A stretch of DNA of 64,000 nucleotides from Patescibacteria group bacterium. GTDB taxonomy: Bacteria > Patescibacteriota > Minisyncoccia > Phycocordibacterales > Phycocordibacteraceae. The notes under the pieces were generated by a model. That model had not been told where the DNA came from, ran no database searches, and saw only the letters and a list, made by a program, of their open reading frames with translations. The translations under genes were made by a program, and so were the position numbers. The DNA lies in contig JACDGK010000002.1 of assembly GCA_013815345.1 (NCBI GenBank), forward strand, positions 35,399-99,398, in the 5' to 3' direction. Numbering within the stretch: the first letter of the stretch is position 1; each line of letters opens with the position of its first letter. Positions 8,140-17,896 of this stretch are shown in pieces.

Positions 8140-9498
8140 TTAAAATTCGTCAGCAAGCCCGCCGTAGCCGCTTTTATCAACCGACATGAAGGTCGCACGT
8201 TTTTCATCGAAGTAGAGCTCAGCGCGACCCGTAGGTCCGTTGCGATGTTTTTCGATAAGTATCTCGGCAATGTTTTGGCGGTCGCTGTCGGGGTTCCGTT
8301 TATCCTCGCGATGGATAAACATCACGACATCCGCATCTTGCTCGATCGATCCTGAGTCACGCAAGTCAGAAAGGCGAGGTTTACCGCCGCGCTGCTCAAC
8401 CGCGCGGGAAAGTTGCGAAAGGGCAAGAACCGGAACATTCAGCTCACGCGCAAGGGATTTCAGCGAACGAGAGATCTCCGTAACCTGTTGCACCATGGAG
8501 TCTGAATTTCGCGTATTGGTCGGCGCCATGAGCTGGAGATAGTCTACGACGATAAGACCAATTCCATGCTCCCGTTTTAGCCGGCGTGCCACCGCGCGCA
8601 TTGCAAGAATGTTATTTCCGGGTTTGTCATCAATATAGATAGGTGCCTTCGAGAGTATTTCAAGGGCGTCACGAATCTTTCCAAAGTCTTCTTCCGCGTG
8701 CACCGCTCCCGTACGAAGCTTCCAAGAATTTACAAATGACTCTGCCGAGAGCATGCGATCGACAATCTGTTCCGCACTCATTTCAAGTGAAAAAATGCCG
8801 ACCGGTACATTGTGCTTCACCGCCGCATGTCGAGCGATATCAAGGCCGAGTGAGGTCTTTCCAACAGAAGGACGTGCCGCAATAATAACAAGATCGGATG
8901 GATGAAGACCTGAAAGCAGGCTATCAAGTTCGGGAAAACCGGTTGGTACGCCGCGCACCGTACCTTCGTTTTTCGACATAGACTCGATGCGTTCCCAGGC
9001 GTCTTCAAGCTTATCTTTTATAGAAATGAATTTATGGGAAGCAGACGCATTCCCAATGGCATAAATAGTTTTTTCTGCGCTATCAAGGACTTCCACACTG
9101 TCTCTTCCGTCGTCATAGGCTGACTCGCTTATTTCATAGGCGGCGTCGATGAGTGATCGCATCACATGTTTACGAGAAACTAGATCGGCATAGTGTGGAA
9201 AATTTCCGGGTGAAGGCGCGCTTCCCGAAAGCTCAGCGATGTACGCACGTCCGCCGATACGTTCCAAAAGACCTTTATCGGAAAGTTTTTCTGAAAGCGA
9301 AAGAAGATCTATTGGTTCGCTTTTTTCCGAAAGCTCACGCATGCACTCGAAAATAAGGCGATGCTTTTCGGCGTAAAAAGAGTCAGGTCGTACGCTGTCA
9401 GCGACATCATGAATAGCATCTGGTTTAAGAAGCAGGGCACCGAGTAGTCCACGTTCGGACTCAAGACTTTGAGGAGGTATGCGGACTTTATCGGCCAT
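8140..9498 (-). CDS. dnaB: Replicative DNA helicase
   Basis: IPPQSLESE, AARPSVGKT, VDYLQL, LSDLRDSGSIEQDAD, KHRNGPTG; no intein. Confidence 0.98.
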   Translation of the reverse strand: MADKVRIPPQSLESERGLLGALLLKPDAIHDVADSVRPDSFYAEKHRLIFECMRELSEKSEPIDLLSLSEKLSDKGLLERIGGRAYIAELSGSAPSPGNFPHYADLVSRKHVMRSLIDAAYEISESAYDDGRDSVEVLDSAEKTIYAIGNASASHKFISIKDKLEDAWERIESMSKNEGTVRGVPTGFPELDSLLSGLHPSDLVIIAARPSVGKTSLGLDIARHAAVKHNVPVGIFSLEMSAEQIVDRMLSAESFVNSWKLRTGAVHAEEDFGKIRDALEILSKAPIYIDDKPGNNILAMRAVARRLKREHGIGLIVVDYLQLMAPTNTRNSDSMVQQVTEISRSLKSLARELNVPVLALSQLSRAVEQRGGKPRLSDLRDSGSIEQDADVVMFIHREDKRNPDSDRQNIAEILIEKHRNGPTGRAELYFDEKRATFMSVDKSGYGGLADEF

Positions 9499-9510
9499 CT
9501 ACCGATTGTA

Positions 9511-11007
9511 TCATTTTGGCACGATCGTGAGCAGAGGCCCTTCAGGTCGGTCTTCCACATGATATCCCCGGTTGCGTAATTTCTCTCGTAGGGTGTCAGC
9601 TTTTTCAAATTCCCCTGCCACGCGTGCCTTTTCACGATCTTTCACTAGAGACTGGATAGCATCGGGAAGTTCAGAAGAGGTAAACAGGCGAGCAGCTTCC
9701 GGGATGTGGAGCAGGGAAAGACCGAGTATAGGCTCTGCTGCTTCAATAACGGCGCGCTTTTCCTTTGCCGTGATATCTTCGTCTCGTAAGATTTCCCAGA
9801 GATAGGCGAGAGCCTGGGGAGTGCCGAGATCGTCATGGAGGAGGGTGATAATACGCTCCTGGGCTTCGGTCGGAACGCTCATGCCTTTTGACGCAAGCAA
9901 AATAGTAGCGGAGAGTCGCCACAAACGCGTGAGCGCCTCGGCGCTCGCCTCAAGAGCCTCCCACGAGAAGGAAAGGGGAGAACGATAATGCGCTTGAAGA
10001 AGAAAATATCGAAACGCAAGCGGATGAATACCGCGTACAGAAAAATCAGAAACGTACAAACCATTTTTTAATGATTTAGAAATCTTCACTCCTTCGATAG
10101 TGAGAAAAGCACCATGCATCCAATATCTTACGAATGGCTTCCCAAGCACACTTTCTGACTGGGCGATCTCATTATTGTGATGAATAGGAATATGATCAAT
10201 GCCGCCGGTATGAACATCAATCTCGTTGCCCAAGATCGCTCGGATCATCGCGGAGCATTCGAGGTGCCAGCCGGGAAATCCACGACCCCAGAGCGACGGC
10301 CATTCTTGCAGTCGTCTCTCATTAAGTGAAGAGAACTTCCATAACGCAAAGTCTGCAGGATGACGCTTGTCTTTATTTTCCGCAATGCGTCTGCCCGCCG
10401 CGATAGTTATGCGGTCCTCCAGCGTAGTGGCATCCCCGGTCTTGAGCTCGGCTTCGCTTATGCCGCCGAGTTTTCCATACTCGGGGAAGCGGCTTGTATC
10501 GAAATAAATACCATCATGGGTGCGGTAGGTAAAACCTTTTTTCTCCAATTCTTGAACCATCTTTATTTGTTCAGCAATATATTCAGTTGCTCGTGGAAAA
10601 AGTATAGGCGTCGTATCTATGTTTAAAAGCCCGAGATCATCGATAAACTGCTTGGTGTATCGACCGGTCAACGCCTCTACACTCAGGCCTTCGGCTTTCG
10701 CTCCCATCTCGATCTTATCTTGTCCTTCATCTGCATCACCCACTAAATGTCCTACATCGGTAATGTTTATAACTTGTCGTACGTGACATCCTGCGGCTCG
10801 AAGTGTCCGCGCAATGAGATCGGCAAAAACATATGCGCGCATATTACCAATATGGATTCGGCTATATACCGTGGGACCGCACGTATATATTGTCGCTATT
10901 CCCGGCTTCTGAGAATGGAAAGCTTCTTTTTTCTTAGTGAGAGTATTGGTAAAGAAAATAGGAGTCTGGGCTATTGCAGAAGGTTTCTTTGAACTAAAGG
11001 GCCACAT
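9511..11007 (-). CDS. cysS: Cysteine--tRNA ligase
   Basis: YTCGPTVY, HIGN, GWHLECSAM, HHNNEIAQSE, KISKS; start MWPFSS follows TATAAT. Confidence 0.96.
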   Translation of the reverse strand: MWPFSSKKPSAIAQTPIFFTNTLTKKKEAFHSQKPGIATIYTCGPTVYSRIHIGNMRAYVFADLIARTLRAAGCHVRQVINITDVGHLVGDADEGQDKIEMGAKAEGLSVEALTGRYTKQFIDDLGLLNIDTTPILFPRATEYIAEQIKMVQELEKKGFTYRTHDGIYFDTSRFPEYGKLGGISEAELKTGDATTLEDRITIAAGRRIAENKDKRHPADFALWKFSSLNERRLQEWPSLWGRGFPGWHLECSAMIRAILGNEIDVHTGGIDHIPIHHNNEIAQSESVLGKPFVRYWMHGAFLTIEGVKISKSLKNGLYVSDFSVRGIHPLAFRYFLLQAHYRSPLSFSWEALEASAEALTRLWRLSATILLASKGMSVPTEAQERIITLLHDDLGTPQALAYLWEILRDEDITAKEKRAVIEAAEPILGLSLLHIPEAARLFTSSELPDAIQSLVKDREKARVAGEFEKADTLREKLRNRGYHVEDRPEGPLLTIVPK

Positions 11008-11014
11008 GGTCCTA

Positions 11015-11932
11015 TTATAGCCATCCTTTGCGCTTCGTATAGACGACCAGAAATGTCGTAACGATCGCGATGGTTGCCAGAACGACCCAAAATAAATCTG
11101 GATCATTTGTAGCGGGGAGACCAGGTATGCCCAAACGGAAAAGTTCCACTATCAAGGTCGGCGGAAGAATGATGAAGGTAATCACGGTGAGGGTTTTCAT
11201 CACTTCGTTTTGTGAAGCTGAAAGGAGTGAGTCGTTCGTTTCTCGGAGTTCGCCTGCCACTTCGCGGAATGAATTCACGAGTGCATACACATGTGCCCGT
11301 TCTGCTTCTATGCGGTCGGCGCGGTCCTCAAATTTCTTTCCGAAAAGATTCGGATTTAAAAGTTCTTTGAGGAATGAGCAGAGTGCCTCTTCGTGACGGG
11401 TGAGTGTCGTATCGAAACGCAGTAAGATGCGATTCGCCTCTGAAATGGTACGCATTGTTTCGCGCTCCTTTCCGCCAAAAATATCCCGCTCGATGCGTTC
11501 GAGGCGAGTCCCAATCGTTTCTACTTCTTCGCGAAGCGCTCCGTACATGCGTCGCATGATGCGTTCGAGAAGTGCGTCACCGGAATGCATGACTCCTGGC
11601 AGTCCGAGAAGCTCTTCTGCCTCAAATACTTTATGCAGGTTGTGAATGGAATTAATAGCTTCATAACGGGAGGTAATAAGGAACTGCTTGCCCACAATAA
11701 AATCGATTTCCTGACTGCGAGCGCCTCCCGTGGCTTCGGTGGTAGGGAAGTGCAATATCAGATACGAGTATTTTAAAGATGAAATAACCAAAGGGTAGGG
11801 CGTCGCGTGAGCAATTTCTTCCTCGATGCGAGCATCAATACTAAACTCCTGCATCACCTCTCGTAGTTCTTGTCGTGTTGGTGATTCTAAGTCAACCCAA
11901 ACGATTTTGCCGCGCGAATGACGAGTAACCAT
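11015..11932 (-). CDS. CorA family divalent cation transporter
   Basis: WVDLESP, QNEVMKTLTVIT, two C-terminal TMs; canonical GMN motif absent (FRLG). Confidence 0.85.
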   Translation of the reverse strand: MVTRHSRGKIVWVDLESPTRQELREVMQEFSIDARIEEEIAHATPYPLVISSLKYSYLILHFPTTEATGGARSQEIDFIVGKQFLITSRYEAINSIHNLHKVFEAEELLGLPGVMHSGDALLERIMRRMYGALREEVETIGTRLERIERDIFGGKERETMRTISEANRILLRFDTTLTRHEEALCSFLKELLNPNLFGKKFEDRADRIEAERAHVYALVNSFREVAGELRETNDSLLSASQNEVMKTLTVITFIILPPTLIVELFRLGIPGLPATNDPDLFWVVLATIAIVTTFLVVYTKRKGWL

Positions 11933-12028
11933 TTCTCTAGTATAGCGGTCAGATATTCTTTAATGCAGTGCTCTCCCCACATAGTATTTTTCTCCAAGTA
12001 CGGTTCAAATGATATACTCAAAGGACTC

Positions 12029-13330
12029 ATGGAGCTTCAAGAATGGGAACAAGACGCGACGAACGCAACACCTGGAAAGGTGTTGCGTTCGTCGCGTTCA
12101 AGTTTCTTTAAAATTATCCGGCTGGCGATAGCGTTTGCGGTAGTTCTCGCTGTCGGGTTCAGTGGAGGATTTTTGGTAGGGAGCCATAAAGGCACAAATG
12201 CTTTTTCGACGATTCCACTGCTCGGCGACAATCTCGATGCAACTCCGGACCCTGCCATAAACCTCACTGATTTCTGGAAGGTCTACAATGCCCTAAATGC
12301 GCAATATGTGGTCACCCACGCCTCCTCGACGCTTCCAACGTCCGAGGAGAAGCTGTGGGGCGCCATTCAGGGGCTCACGAACGCCTATGGCGACCCGTAT
12401 ACGGTCTTTTTTCCACCCTCGGAAGCTAAAGCCTTTGCAGACAATATCGCGGGAAGTTTTAGCGGCGTCGGCATGGAAATTGGCGAAAACAAGGACAATA
12501 TATTGACCGTGATCGCGCCCCTAAAAGGAACACCCGCTGACAAGGCAGGTATTCTCTCCGGTGACGAAATAATAGGAATTAATGGCAAGTCAACCCAAGG
12601 ACTGGTACCGGATGAAGCAATAAAACTCATTCGTGGACCAAAAGGCACGGTGGTTACCTTCACCATACTTCGGGGTGATAAGCAGATGGAGATCAAGGTC
12701 ACTCGAGATACGATTCAAGTGCCCGAAATCGAATATGGCCTCAATAAAACAAATGGCGTGTATACGATTGCGCTGTATGAGTTTACTCAAAACTCAGCGG
12801 AACTTTTCAATACCGCATTTACTGCGTTTAAGGCATCCGGATCGAAAGATTTGATTGTTGATTTGCGAGGCGACCCAGGAGGCTATCTAGATGCAGCCGT
12901 TAATATTGCAAGTCACTTTCTTTCAAAAGGTTCGGTAATCGTGACCGAAGATTATAAAGGAAAACAGCAAAATATCGTGCACACAAGTACCGGTACGAAT
13001 GATCTTCCTGTAGGCACCCACGTCGTGGTGCTTATCGATCAAGGTTCTGCCTCAGCTTCCGAAATTCTTTCCGGTGCTCTCCAAGACCATCACGCGGCGA
13101 CTCTCATAGGAGCCCGTTCCTTCGGCAAGGGATCCGTGCAGCAGCTCATAGATGTCGACGGAGCATCTCTGAAGGTAACGGTGGCCGCATGGCTTACCCC
13201 AAACGGACACTCGATTACGGGTATAGGCATCACTCCTGACATCCTCGCCACCACGACCGCTGAGAATATTGCTGCAAAAAAAGACGTCCAGCTAGATCGG
13301 GCAGTACAATTCTTCCTGACAGGAAAGTAA
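12029..13330 (+). CDS. S41 family C-terminal processing peptidase (CtpA/Prc-like)
   Basis: TM anchor, DPYTVF, PDZ domain, DLRGDPGGYL, SASASEI, FGKGSVQ. Confidence 0.95.
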   Translation: MELQEWEQDATNATPGKVLRSSRSSFFKIIRLAIAFAVVLAVGFSGGFLVGSHKGTNAFSTIPLLGDNLDATPDPAINLTDFWKVYNALNAQYVVTHASSTLPTSEEKLWGAIQGLTNAYGDPYTVFFPPSEAKAFADNIAGSFSGVGMEIGENKDNILTVIAPLKGTPADKAGILSGDEIIGINGKSTQGLVPDEAIKLIRGPKGTVVTFTILRGDKQMEIKVTRDTIQVPEIEYGLNKTNGVYTIALYEFTQNSAELFNTAFTAFKASGSKDLIVDLRGDPGGYLDAAVNIASHFLSKGSVIVTEDYKGKQQNIVHTSTGTNDLPVGTHVVVLIDQGSASASEILSGALQDHHAATLIGARSFGKGSVQQLIDVDGASLKVTVAAWLTPNGHSITGIGITPDILATTTAENIAAKKDVQLDRAVQFFLTGK

Positions 13331-13363
13331 AAAGATACTGAAGAGAAAGCGAAGAAAGACTAA

Positions 13364-13404
13364 CACAGCAAAAGACCGGCACGAAGTGCCGGTCTTTTGC
13401 TGTG
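13364..13404. terminator. Bidirectional terminator, 19-bp perfect stem
   Basis: cacagcaaaagaccggcac-gaa-gtgccggtcttttgctgtg between convergent genes. Confidence 0.8.
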
Positions 13405-13425
13405 AATACGTAATCGAGTGATCGA

Positions 13426-14475
13426 TTAGTTACCGTATCGATTTGGCTTAACTGCAAGATTGCCGTTCGTCACTGGCTCTGCTACTCCTGTAACAGTGCC
13501 TGAAGCACAAGAAGCACGTGCGACTGAAGCAGTCACAAGGCTACTTTGGAAGGTTTGAGTGCTTGAGGAAGTCACTGCTTTAGCGAGCGTCCAAAGACCA
13601 GCACCAAATCCCGTCGTTTGGGTGTTTCGGTACGCGAATACTGCACTTTGTGTACCTCGAGCGCCCGTAAAGTTAGCACATTCAATGGGTCCTGACGTCT
13701 TACCTGCAGCAGTGAAGTTTCTTGCTGAACCGATGACGGCACCGTTTTGAGAAGTGTCATCAAAGAGATAGAAAGAAAAAACAGAACCTGCACCGTAGCT
13801 AAAGAGTCCGTTAGCGATTGCTACGCTAGCAAGGTCATCGGTCGGAATATATTCAGCGTAGAATGAATACGCACGTGTCGGAGGAGCAGCGTTAGTTGTA
13901 ACGGTCTGTCCTGCAACAGGAGCTGCACTATTCTCCACTATGATCGGAGCCGTAGAGGTGCTGTTAATCGTGTACGGCACAGTTTCCTCATGGGGGAAGA
14001 ACATAGCAATTTGTGATCCCGCTGGTACACCTACCAAATGAGGAAGTGCGTACCCATTGACACCTGTGTGAGCAGGAAACACTTCCGGACTTGAGTACAG
14101 AATACTACCACTCCGATCAACTACCACGAAGAAAAGGGAATTCGTATTAACGGCGTAATAGACGAATTTCTTAAGTGCTGCTGCCTGTGTAGCAGGATGA
14201 TTGGTGTCTTCAATAAAGAGATTTGTCCCTGCATCTACAAGCGTGCTTGCACTTGCGTCGTTTCCAACGCGATCCCCAAGCACGTAACGTTCACAGTCGC
14301 CGATGTTGATGAAAGGAGGATTTGTGTATGCCTTCCATCCTGGCATAGTCCGACAATTGCTAAGTTCTGTTGGTGGGGTGAGCGGGGCATTTGCCGATAC
14401 GAGGGCAGGAGTACCGAGACCAAGACCCAATCCAAGCAGAAGGAATGAGAGCACTATATAAGAAACTTTTTTCAT
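13426..14475 (-). CDS. Secreted hypothetical protein
   Basis: 349 aa; signal peptide MKKVSYIVLSFLLLG...; Thr/Ala/Ser-rich; four Cys. Confidence 0.8.
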   Translation of the reverse strand: MKKVSYIVLSFLLLGLGLGLGTPALVSANAPLTPPTELSNCRTMPGWKAYTNPPFINIGDCERYVLGDRVGNDASASTLVDAGTNLFIEDTNHPATQAAALKKFVYYAVNTNSLFFVVVDRSGSILYSSPEVFPAHTGVNGYALPHLVGVPAGSQIAMFFPHEETVPYTINSTSTAPIIVENSAAPVAGQTVTTNAAPPTRAYSFYAEYIPTDDLASVAIANGLFSYGAGSVFSFYLFDDTSQNGAVIGSARNFTAAGKTSGPIECANFTGARGTQSAVFAYRNTQTTGFGAGLWTLAKAVTSSSTQTFQSSLVTASVARASCASGTVTGVAEPVTNGNLAVKPNRYGN

Positions 14476-14717
14476 AATATTATCTAACTTTTACTACTAT
14501 TGGCTAACGAATAAATAGACCCATAGAACATAAGCATACACGACCTCACTTGCATAGCAAGATATGAGGCATTTTTGCCGCTGGCCGGACTATAACATGT
14601 AAGAAAGGAAAATGTCAATATCTGAGAAGATATTATTATAGGCCGTGAAAGATCGAAATTATAGCGCAAAAACAAACACCTGTAGTATGCTTCTGGTACT
14701 CTTTTCCTACGTGTCCT

Positions 14718-15311
14718 ATGAAATACTTTATCGACTTCGACCGTACCATTTTTGATACTAATTCTTTTAAGAAAACGTTAGAGAGGCGGCCGACAGTGGT
14801 CGAGCTCGTAGCGCAATTCAAAAACGTGTGGAAAGAGTTCTGGAGTTTATCAGAAAGTCATTTACAGCGGCGATTATTTAGAGCAAGTCTCGGGGCATTT
14901 CTTAGTAATGGACGATTTCTATTCGTCCCTGCCGATCTAAAAGAATTTCTCTATCCTGATGCGCTCGCTTTTTTCGAACGGTATGGCGAGGATTGCACAA
15001 TTGTGACGTATGGCATACGTGCGTTCATCACTGCCAAAGTGACGAGCGCACTTACGGACATTTCCATTCATGATGTTGTATATACCGGCAGACGAAAGGG
15101 AAGAACCATACAGCGATTATGTGCGGAAGAAAAGGATCAGTGTACATTTATCGACGATGCGCATTTTCAATTGGCCTCAGTGACGAGAAGATGTCCTAAC
15201 ATTACGGTAATCGAGATGCGTCGTGATTCACAACCCGGCGATGGACGCTGGCCTGTTATTCATTCTTTCGACGAATTAGTTAATTCTTCATATGAAAAAA
15301 GTCATTGCTAG
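14718..15311 (+). CDS. HAD-superfamily hydrolase
   Basis: Motif I DFDRTIFD, motif II VT, motif IV FIDD. Confidence 0.8.
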   Translation: MKYFIDFDRTIFDTNSFKKTLERRPTVVELVAQFKNVWKEFWSLSESHLQRRLFRASLGAFLSNGRFLFVPADLKEFLYPDALAFFERYGEDCTIVTYGIRAFITAKVTSALTDISIHDVVYTGRRKGRTIQRLCAEEKDQCTFIDDAHFQLASVTRRCPNITVIEMRRDSQPGDGRWPVIHSFDELVNSSYEKSHC

Positions 15312-15328
15312 AATGACTTTTAGTAGTG

Positions 15329-15643
15329 TTATGGCGGTAGGAGGTGAAACACTAGAATGTGGGTAGCTTCGACTCCATACATCTCTTGCAAATCGCACAA
15401 TATATCTGCTTGCGTTTTTCTCGGCCAAAGTTTATCAGCAGGTTCCGCTTTCAGAAGGCGATGAAAGTCGTGGTACGTGCGTATCGCTCGAACCTTCCTT
15501 TCCAGAAAGTCGTTGAAGGAAATGACGTCGTCCATAGAAATTTTTGCCGTAAAAGCCCCATACGGACGAACCTCTAAGGTTTTCTTTCCCTGCTTAATGA
15601 GCTCAAGAACGAAGCTTCTGACGTAGAGAATATGTCTTGCCAT
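15329..15643 (-). CDS. ASCH/PUA-like domain protein
   Basis: IKQGKKTLEVR...DDVISF...IRTYHDF. Confidence 0.8.
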   Translation of the reverse strand: MARHILYVRSFVLELIKQGKKTLEVRPYGAFTAKISMDDVISFNDFLERKVRAIRTYHDFHRLLKAEPADKLWPRKTQADILCDLQEMYGVEATHILVFHLLPP

Positions 15644-15748
15644 TTGGACTTCCTGATTCTAGAAAAAATCTATCACAGACGAGCAGCGTTTCCAACATTT
15701 TGAAGCCAAAGAAAAACCGCGCTTATGAGGGCGCGATGTTGTCGTTGT

Positions 15749-15916
15749 CTAGTGGCAAGAATGCTTACGCAGCCAGAAATACATCCGCTTTTTGCAAGTG
15801 GGACAGGACGATGGATTCATCAGGTGATATGACGTAGCGCTTAACCCCACGAGAAGCATGATGCCACCCACAAGAATGACAAAAGGCGTAACAAAAGAAT
15901 TTTGATGAGAAAACAT
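15749..15916 (-). CDS. Small membrane protein with a C-terminal CxxC...HxCH motif (55 aa)
   Basis: ATG 15916 with purine-rich leader; one TM then CPTCKK...KHSCH. Confidence 0.45.
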   Translation of the reverse strand: MFSHQNSFVTPFVILVGGIMLLVGLSATSYHLMNPSSCPTCKKRMYFWLRKHSCH

Positions 15917-16037
15917 ACTACGCTCTTTCCTGAAAACGTGATCTCTATTATTTTTATCACGAAGCATGGGTTTATTAAAATAGATTTAAAGATAGAGAGT
16001 TGCAGAAGAGGGAAGGGCAGGGTAGGATACTTCAACT

Positions 16038-16463
16038 ATGAAAGTCGTACTCACTAAAGATGTTCGGGACATGGGCCGTATGGGAGCCACCGTTGACGTG
16101 GCTGATGGGCACGCGCTCAATTACCTTATTCCTCGCAAGCTCGCTGTCCTCGCTACACCGCATTCTTTGCAGCAAGCAGAGTTGTATAAAAAGCGCGTGG
16201 ATGATAAAAAAAGCATCGATGCTGAACTCGTGGCAGAACGACTCGCCGCTCTTGCCGAAACGCCGATCACTATCGTGAAAAAAGCGAATGAAAAAGGACA
16301 TCTCTATGACGCCGTGGACGCTGGAGCTATTGCTGCCGTCGCAGAACTTCCTGAAGAAACGATAAAACTTGAAAAACCTATAAAAGAATTGGGAACGTTC
16401 GAGGTGCCGGTTTCTTTTGGAGAGATCTTTGGAAAAGTTAAAATAGTTATTGAGGCCGAATAA
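16038..16463 (+). CDS. rplI: 50S ribosomal protein L9
   Basis: MKVVLTKDV..G..G..VDVADGHALNYLIP; PIKELG. Confidence 0.96.
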   Translation: MKVVLTKDVRDMGRMGATVDVADGHALNYLIPRKLAVLATPHSLQQAELYKKRVDDKKSIDAELVAERLAALAETPITIVKKANEKGHLYDAVDAGAIAAVAELPEETIKLEKPIKELGTFEVPVSFGEIFGKVKIVIEAE

Positions 16464-16480
16464 GAAATAGATGAAAAAAT

Positions 16481-16520
16481 AGATGAAAATCGCCGGCCTA
16501 AAGACCGGCGATTTTCATCT
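16481..16520. terminator. Bidirectional terminator between rplI and rpmA
   Basis: agatgaaaatcgccgg/ccggcgattttcatct 16-bp stem; overlaps a 12-bp tandem duplication at 16465-16488. Confidence 0.8.
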
Positions 16521-16522
16521 TT

Positions 16523-16795
16523 CTAAACGACGTCAACTACCTTTTTACGGATCACCCGTCCGTCAAAATTAACTTTACGGCGGTCGCGGAAGGACACGAG
16601 TCCGGAAGAAAGGGCGAAAAGCGTGTGATCTTTACCCACGCTTACGTTTTTTCCTGCCTCGATCTTAGTACCGCGCTGGCGCACGATAATCATCCCAGCA
16701 GCAGCTTTCTGCCCATCAGCCAGCTTTATTCCGAGATACTTCGGATTTGAATCGTTAAGGTTTTTTACTGACCCTCCTGCTTTTGTGTGTGCCAT
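16523..16795 (-). CDS. rpmA: 50S ribosomal protein L27
   Basis: MAHTKAGGS...IIVRQRGTK...GKDHTLFA. Confidence 0.97.
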   Translation of the reverse strand: MAHTKAGGSVKNLNDSNPKYLGIKLADGQKAAAGMIIVRQRGTKIEAGKNVSVGKDHTLFALSSGLVSFRDRRKVNFDGRVIRKKVVDVV

Positions 16796-16817
16796 ACTGG
16801 TATACTCTTAGGTAGGT

Positions 16818-17243
16818 ATGACTATAGCAGAACCGACAGAACCGAGCAAGGCAGCCTTTTGGCAGCCTTCCGGGATTGGCTTTACCATAGGTGTTCTGGT
16901 TTTAACCGCATCAGCGAGCTTTGGACTCGGCATGCTCGCTGAAAAGGATATGAAAATCAGTGCTTCAAACTCAGTAATCCAAGCAGGATTTCTTGAAAGC
17001 TCCGGTGCAAATTTTTCATCAAATTCGGGAGCAGGAGCGAGCAATCTTTCTACTTCTACAAATGGAGGAGCCCCTATACCTGCCGGCGGACAGGTAGTGG
17101 GCTCAAACAGTACTCGTCAATATTATTTGCCGTGGTGTCCTCAGGTGGCAAGCATTAGCGCAGGAGATGCGGTGACCTTTGATTCGCAGCAAACAGCTGA
17201 AGCCAAAGGATTTACGGCAGGGAAGGGATGTCCTGGTTTGTAA
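16818..17243 (+). CDS. Membrane-anchored protein with a C-terminal Ada-like metal-binding domain
   Basis: One TM, Ser/Gly linker, VGSNSTRQYYLPWC...AEAKGF...C. Confidence 0.7.
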   Translation: MTIAEPTEPSKAAFWQPSGIGFTIGVLVLTASASFGLGMLAEKDMKISASNSVIQAGFLESSGANFSSNSGAGASNLSTSTNGGAPIPAGGQVVGSNSTRQYYLPWCPQVASISAGDAVTFDSQQTAEAKGFTAGKGCPGL

Positions 17244-17266
17244 GAATATTAGAAGCGAAATCCCTC

Positions 17267-17863
17267 ATGATCGCACTCGATATTGAAGCAAGTAGTCCAA
17301 CTCCTGAAACCGGATCCATTCTCTCGCTCGGCGCTCTTGATACGGATGAGCCAACAAATCAATTTTACGATGAATGTCGCGCATGGAAGGGAGCGCACAT
17401 TAAAGATGAAGCACTGGCGGTTAACGGATTTACAAAAGAAGAAGCTGAAGATCCAAACAAAAAGACCGAAGAAGAACTTTTGACGGCTTTTCTTGCATGG
17501 GCAAATGACCGACCGATAAACCGAACGCTTGTAGGACAGAACCCCTCTTTTGACCGTGATTATTTGAAAGCTGCATGTAAACGAGCAGGAGTCGAATTTC
17601 CCTTTGCGGATCGCACCATCGATATACATTCAATCACCTGGCTGCATATGACGCAGAGGGAAGTGCCGATGCCGCTGCTGAATCACCACTCAAAGCTGAA
17701 TCTCGATGCAGCACTACGGTATTGCGGCATACCGGAAGAACCAAAACCGCATAATGCGCTCACGGGAGCATTTTTGCATGCGGAAGTCTTCTCACGCATA
17801 GCGTATACTAAGAAATTATTACCGGACTTCGATGGCTATAAAATTCCTTGGGAGCATTCCTAG
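17267..17863 (+). CDS. DEDDh 3'-5' exonuclease
   Basis: LDIE, QNPSFD, HNALTGA motifs (final Asp of motif III appears replaced). Confidence 0.88.
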   Translation: MIALDIEASSPTPETGSILSLGALDTDEPTNQFYDECRAWKGAHIKDEALAVNGFTKEEAEDPNKKTEEELLTAFLAWANDRPINRTLVGQNPSFDRDYLKAACKRAGVEFPFADRTIDIHSITWLHMTQREVPMPLLNHHSKLNLDAALRYCGIPEEPKPHNALTGAFLHAEVFSRIAYTKKLLPDFDGYKIPWEHS

Positions 17864-17896
17864 GAGCCGACCTTATCAAGAGAACTGCTCATTACC

